NCBI GenBank assembly: GCA_037189525.1 | Contig: JBBCJC010000014.1 | Span: 1-42,830, forward strand | Length of the DNA: 42,830 nt | Source: Gemmatimonadales bacterium | Lineage (GTDB): Bacteria; Gemmatimonadota; Gemmatimonadetes; Gemmatimonadales; GWC2-71-9 | Direction: 5' to 3' | Shown: positions 40,848 to 42,830 of the stretch, one piece after another | How the letters are laid out: each line of letters begins with the position of its first letter | How positions within the stretch are numbered: the first letter of the stretch is position 1 | The notes under the pieces: model-generated | The model's database searches: none | What the model saw: only the letters and a program-made list of their open reading frames with translations | Told to the model about the DNA's origin: nothing | Translations under genes and position numbers: made by a program

Positions 40848-41510
40848 ATGCGTATGAGCCAGCAAGGGCTCATGGCACTCATTGGCCATGAGGGTATCGT
40901 CCTGTCGCGCTACAGGGACAGTGTCGGCGTCTGGACCATCGGCATCGGCCACACTGCCGCTGCCGGCCATCCCGATCCTGCGAAGGTCGTCGGCGAGATG
41001 ACTGTGAGCGAAGTCATCAGCCTCCTTCGCCACGACATCCGCAAATATGAGGACGCGGTTGCGAAGGCTGTCACGATCTCGCTCAAGCAGCACGAGTTCG
41101 ATGCGCTCGTGTCCTTCCACTACAACACCGGGGCAATCGGGCGGGCCTCCTTCGTCAAGAGCCTCAATGCCGGCAACCGCGCTGAGGCCATGAAGAAGAT
41201 CATGGATTGGCGGAAGCCGGCCGAGATCATCCCGCGCCGCACGGCAGAACGCGACCTGTTCCGCACAGGGAAGTATCCAGCCCCCTATGCAACGATCTAT
41301 CCGGCGACAGCCACCGGTGCGGTGCAGTGGGGCAAGGGCAGGAGGGTCCATCTGCCGGATCTGCTGAAGACGACGCCGGAGCCGGACAGGCCCGCCCCAC
41401 CAGCGCCCGTAGCGCCGCCGCCCGCTCCCAAGCCCGCCCAGCCATCCCAGCCCGCTCCAGCGCCTGCGCCGACCGGCCTGTGGGCGTGGCTGAAATCTCT
41501 CTTCACCTGA
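40848..41510 (+). CDS. Endolysin, GH24 lysozyme
   Basis: HEG......RDSVGVWTIGIGHT catalytic E-D-T, QHEFDALVSF.YNTG, RRTAE. Confidence 0.95.
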   Translation: MRMSQQGLMALIGHEGIVLSRYRDSVGVWTIGIGHTAAAGHPDPAKVVGEMTVSEVISLLRHDIRKYEDAVAKAVTISLKQHEFDALVSFHYNTGAIGRASFVKSLNAGNRAEAMKKIMDWRKPAEIIPRRTAERDLFRTGKYPAPYATIYPATATGAVQWGKGRRVHLPDLLKTTPEPDRPAPPAPVAPPPAPKPAQPSQPAPAPAPTGLWAWLKSLFT

Positions 41511-41525
41511 AAGGACAAGACCATG
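41508..41525 (+). repeat. 18-bp direct repeat TGAAAGGACAAGACCATG, copy 1
   Basis: Identical to 41772-41789; comprises stop codon, SD and start codon. Confidence 0.92.
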
Positions 41526-41774
41526 ACGCATGTCGACAGCACATCCGATTCCCGCACCGTCAATAACACGGTGCGGCATGCCTATCGCGTCCTAAGCGAT
41601 GTCGAAAAGGCGCAGATGACGGCGGTTAAGGACAAGGGCGCCGAGTTCCTTGACCTCCTTCACATCGTTGGCGGCAATCCCGGTGTCGACCGGCAGGCAA
41701 GCCGCGAACTCAGCATCGCTCAGACCAAGATCGAAGAAGCGGTCATGTGGGCCGTCAAGCACATCACCGCGTGA
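41523..41774 (+). CDS. Acb2/Tad1-like anti-defence sponge protein
   Basis: YRVLSDVEKAQMTAVKDKGAEF resembles the Acb2 N-terminal helix; SRELSIAQTKIEEAVMWA resembles the Tad1 C-terminal helix (recalled, not searched). Confidence 0.72.
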   Translation: MTHVDSTSDSRTVNNTVRHAYRVLSDVEKAQMTAVKDKGAEFLDLLHIVGGNPGVDRQASRELSIAQTKIEEAVMWAVKHITA

Positions 41775-41789
41775 AAGGACAAGACCATG
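41772..41789 (+). repeat. 18-bp direct repeat TGAAAGGACAAGACCATG, copy 2
   Basis: Identical to 41508-41525. Confidence 0.92.
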
Positions 41790-41951
41790 TTCAACACCAC
41801 TGTTCTCCCCATGCTCCGCCATGCGCTCCAGTTCGGCGCCGGGTTCCTCGTGGCCTCTGGCTATCTCGATGGCGCGAACGCCGAGCTGCTGACGGGCTCT
41901 CTGCTTGGCCTCGCATCTGTCGGCTGGTGGTACGCCACCAAGAAGGCTTGA
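41787..41951 (+). CDS. Small two-TM putative holin (54 aa)
   Basis: Manual translation MFNTTVLPMLRHALQFGAGFLVASGYLDGANAELLTGSLLGLASVGWWYATKKA. Confidence 0.75.
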   Translation: MFNTTVLPMLRHALQFGAGFLVASGYLDGANAELLTGSLLGLASVGWWYATKKA

Positions 41952-42025
41952 CGCCCGCCTACTGGACGGCTGCGGGGCTGATCCTCGCGGCCGTCATTGC
42001 ATTCATGATCTAAGAGGGCGGGCAC

Positions 42026-42358
42026 ATGACGCTGGCGGAAATCCTACAGTCACTCGGCATCAACCCGGCGGTACTGGCGGCCGGCGGCTTTGGCGGCGTG
42101 CTTCGCGCGCTGTCGCGCAAACGCTTCAGGTTCCGCGAGATGATCGCCTCGCCGATCTGCGGTTCTCTTGCTGCAGCGTATCTGACGATGCCGACGGTTC
42201 AGTACGTCAAGATGGCAGGGTGGCCGTTCCCGCAGGATGACGCTCAAGCCATCCTGGCTTCCGCGTTTCTGCTTGGCACATGCGCGATGTGGATTTCTGA
42301 CATCGTATTCGGATTCGTCGCGAGGCGGCTTGGGCTGTCGCATCAGTCGCCCGACTGA
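42026..42358 (+). CDS. Holin-like multi-TM protein
   Basis: Three hydrophobic segments (LAAGGFGGVL..., ICGSLAAAYL..., ILASAFLLG...); last gene of the lysis cassette. Confidence 0.7.
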   Translation: MTLAEILQSLGINPAVLAAGGFGGVLRALSRKRFRFREMIASPICGSLAAAYLTMPTVQYVKMAGWPFPQDDAQAILASAFLLGTCAMWISDIVFGFVARRLGLSHQSPD

Positions 42359-42396
42359 CCGCCGCGCCGGTCATTACCGGTCGTTACCACCTATTA

Positions 42397-42429
42397 GCGC
42401 CCCGCTGGCTCCGGCCGGCGGGGCTTTTT
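42397..42429 (+). terminator. Intrinsic terminator ending the late operon
   Basis: CCCGCTGGC...GCCGGCGGG hairpin followed by CTTTTT. Confidence 0.7.
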
Positions 42430-42640
42430 GCGTTTCAGGGTACGGGCCAGATATCCTCCGGCCTATGCTCGGTGCAAAACCAGTGCGTGACGCGGCCGTT
42501 GCTGTTGCCCCATCCTCCCCATTTGTCGCAGCCGGGGTGTTCGCACCAGTGTTCCCATATGCCGGATGGCACGGTGGGTTGCTGTTGATCGGATCGAATC
42601 GGTTCGTCGCTCATGCGTGTGGTCTAGCGCTGCATTCTGC

Positions 42641-42674
42641 TTGACGGCAATGGGCATTTGTTCCTAATTCGTTC
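42641..42674 (+). promoter_or_regulatory. Promoter with an overlapping alphaproteobacterial LexA box
   Basis: TTGACG at 42641; GTTC-CTAATTC-GTTC at 42660-42674 covers the -10 region and ends 2 bp before ATG 42677. Confidence 0.8.
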
Positions 42675-42676
42675 TC

Positions 42677-42830
42677 ATGCGAAAAACATGGGATGAGGCT
42701 GCTGAGCTTGCTGACGCCATCAAGGCGCGGGCGGAATCTGGTCGCAACGTCGTACTCTCGCCGCTGACCGCGCTATGGCTGGCGGCACAACTGCACAACT
42801 CAATCTCCCGGCACCGCGCGCCAAAACGAA
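42677..42830 (+). CDS. 5' part of the join-spanning 132-aa hypothetical protein
   Basis: ATG 42677, open to the window end; continues to TAG 386. Confidence 0.75.
   Translation, partial: MRKTWDEAAELADAIKARAESGRNVVLSPLTALWLAAQLHNSISRHRAPKR
42690..42830. repeat. Terminal direct repeat, copy 2
   Basis: Identical to 1-141. Confidence 0.95.

Overview
The window is a complete, circularly assembled temperate phage genome of about 42,689 bp: bases 1-141 are repeated exactly at 42690-42830. The host is probably an Alphaproteobacterium, most likely Rhizobiales, judged from GTTC-N7-GTTC LexA boxes, a GapR-like gene and the tRNA-Val core. The genome is in the excised state, with an intact attP (3' part of tRNA-Val(TAC)) beside a tyrosine integrase and xis. 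The layout is lambdoid/P22-like. In order: a leftward early operon (ASCH, NinB, YqaJ exonuclease, ERF, Arc, small ORFs); an immunity region with accessory genes (HTH, Fic plus antitoxin, SOS-boxed gene); cI/cro with two triplets of operators; a rightward replication/modification operon; a late promoter and terminator; a podovirus-type morphogenesis module with three ejection-type proteins and no tape measure; a P22 immI-like mnt/arc/antirepressor island; a tail fibre; and a lysis cassette. The most notable observations are: (1) an Acb2/Tad1-like signal-sponge gene inside the lysis cassette, bracketed by an exact 18-bp stop-RBS-start duplication; (2) a C5 DNA methyltransferase whose motif IX lies in a nested +1-frame ORF (two-polypeptide, M.EcoHK31I-like); (3) a Fic/VbhA-like pair in the immunity region; (4) LexA-boxed orphan genes; (5) a probable AUU start for an ejection protein. 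All family calls come from motif recognition by eye; no database search was run.
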